This document shows positions 63,478-64,000 of a DNA stretch of 64,000 nt, one piece after another; position 1 is the stretch's first letter, and each line of letters begins with the position of its first letter. Made by a program: the position numbers and the translations under genes. Source of the DNA: Chthoniobacteraceae bacterium (GTDB lineage Bacteria; Verrucomicrobiota; Verrucomicrobiia; Chthoniobacterales; Chthoniobacteraceae); contig JBEBGD010000004.1 in the NCBI GenBank assembly GCA_040081625.1, positions 1 to 64,000 of the forward strand, written 5' to 3'. The notes beneath the pieces were generated by a model. The model saw only the letters and a program-made list of their open reading frames with translations, was not told where the DNA came from and did not search any database.

Positions 63478-63514
63478 TCCTCGTTCCCAAACTTCATGAG
63501 TTTGGGAACGAGGA
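63478..63514. repeat. REP-like hairpin (copy 2), may also act as terminator
   Basis: TCCTCGTTCCCAAACT-tcatg-AGTTTGGGAACGAGGA, 16-bp perfect stem. Confidence 0.75.
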
Positions 63515-63686
63515 AGCATGACTAGTTAGCGAGCGGACTTGTTGCGAATCGAGTAGAGGTGTCGGTCCATGCGTGGGCGGGGTCGGTCTGTGAATATCGC
63601 TCCCGATTGCGCATCGTTCGATGCGGCGAGCGGCACCTTCTGATAAAGGTTTGCCGCGTGAGAAACGTGAACATAAACTGCCCGGC

Positions 63687-63962
63687 ATGAGCACCGTCGC
63701 CGAAATCATCGATGCCGTGAAACTTCTCAACGAAGCGGAGAAGGACGAATTTCTCGACAGGCTGCGGGAGATCGAATTTGAGGATTCGTGGGACCGGCAG
63801 TTGGAAGCCGATGCGAAGGCAGGCAAGCTCGACTTCCTCGTGCGGGAAGCGGACGAAGCGGTGCTAAGCGAGACATTGCGCGATTGGCGAAGGGGTCGTG
63901 AGAATATTCTTGCTGTCCCGCGCCGCGTTGACTCCCCCTACCGCCGCGTGCATCCTGCCAGC
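63687..63962 (+). CDS. antitoxin-like small protein lacking an in-frame stop (possible pseudogene or fusion)
   Basis: Not in the ORF track because the frame runs off the window; reads MSTVAEIIDAVKLL...SWDRQLEADAKAGKLDFLV; TTGCCG-17-TAAACT promoter 7 nt upstream. Confidence 0.65.
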
Positions 63963-64000
63963 ATGAGCACGCTCGCTGAAATCGAAGAAGTCCTGCCGAA
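63963..64000 (+). CDS. 5' end of another antitoxin-like small protein (partial)
   Basis: MSTLAEIEEVLP, same start as the 44127 antitoxin; TTGACT-17-CATCCT 6 nt upstream. Confidence 0.55.
   Translation, partial: MSTLAEIEEVLP

Overview
High-GC bacterial chromosomal window. The gene content (DUF1501/DUF1549/DUF1553 cluster, planctomycete-type cytochrome c-WD40 protein, CxxC-headed Ser/Thr kinases beside an ECF sigma factor) points to a PVC-superphylum organism, most likely Verrucomicrobia (inference). It holds about 45 CDS, one tRNA-His, two complete toxin-antitoxin pairs plus antitoxin-like genes at the right edge, a two-component cluster and an ABC transporter operon. No CRISPR array, integrase or transposase was seen. 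The most notable observations: (1) a 21-bp-phased array of alternating A/B palindromes (42-bp higher-order period) at 60860-61112, directly upstream of a winged-HTH gene and next to a lower-GC two-gene block bounded by related hairpins; (2) a divergent MglA/MglB small-GTPase locus with up to four roadblock-like domains and a REC-DUF4388 regulator; (3) an ECF sigma factor followed by two kinases that share a promoter-like motif, plus a relic third kinase 5' end; (4) many promoter-like elements placed so that transcripts would be leaderless. All family assignments come from motif recognition by eye, with no database search. Several starts were moved from the ORF track to more plausible codons.
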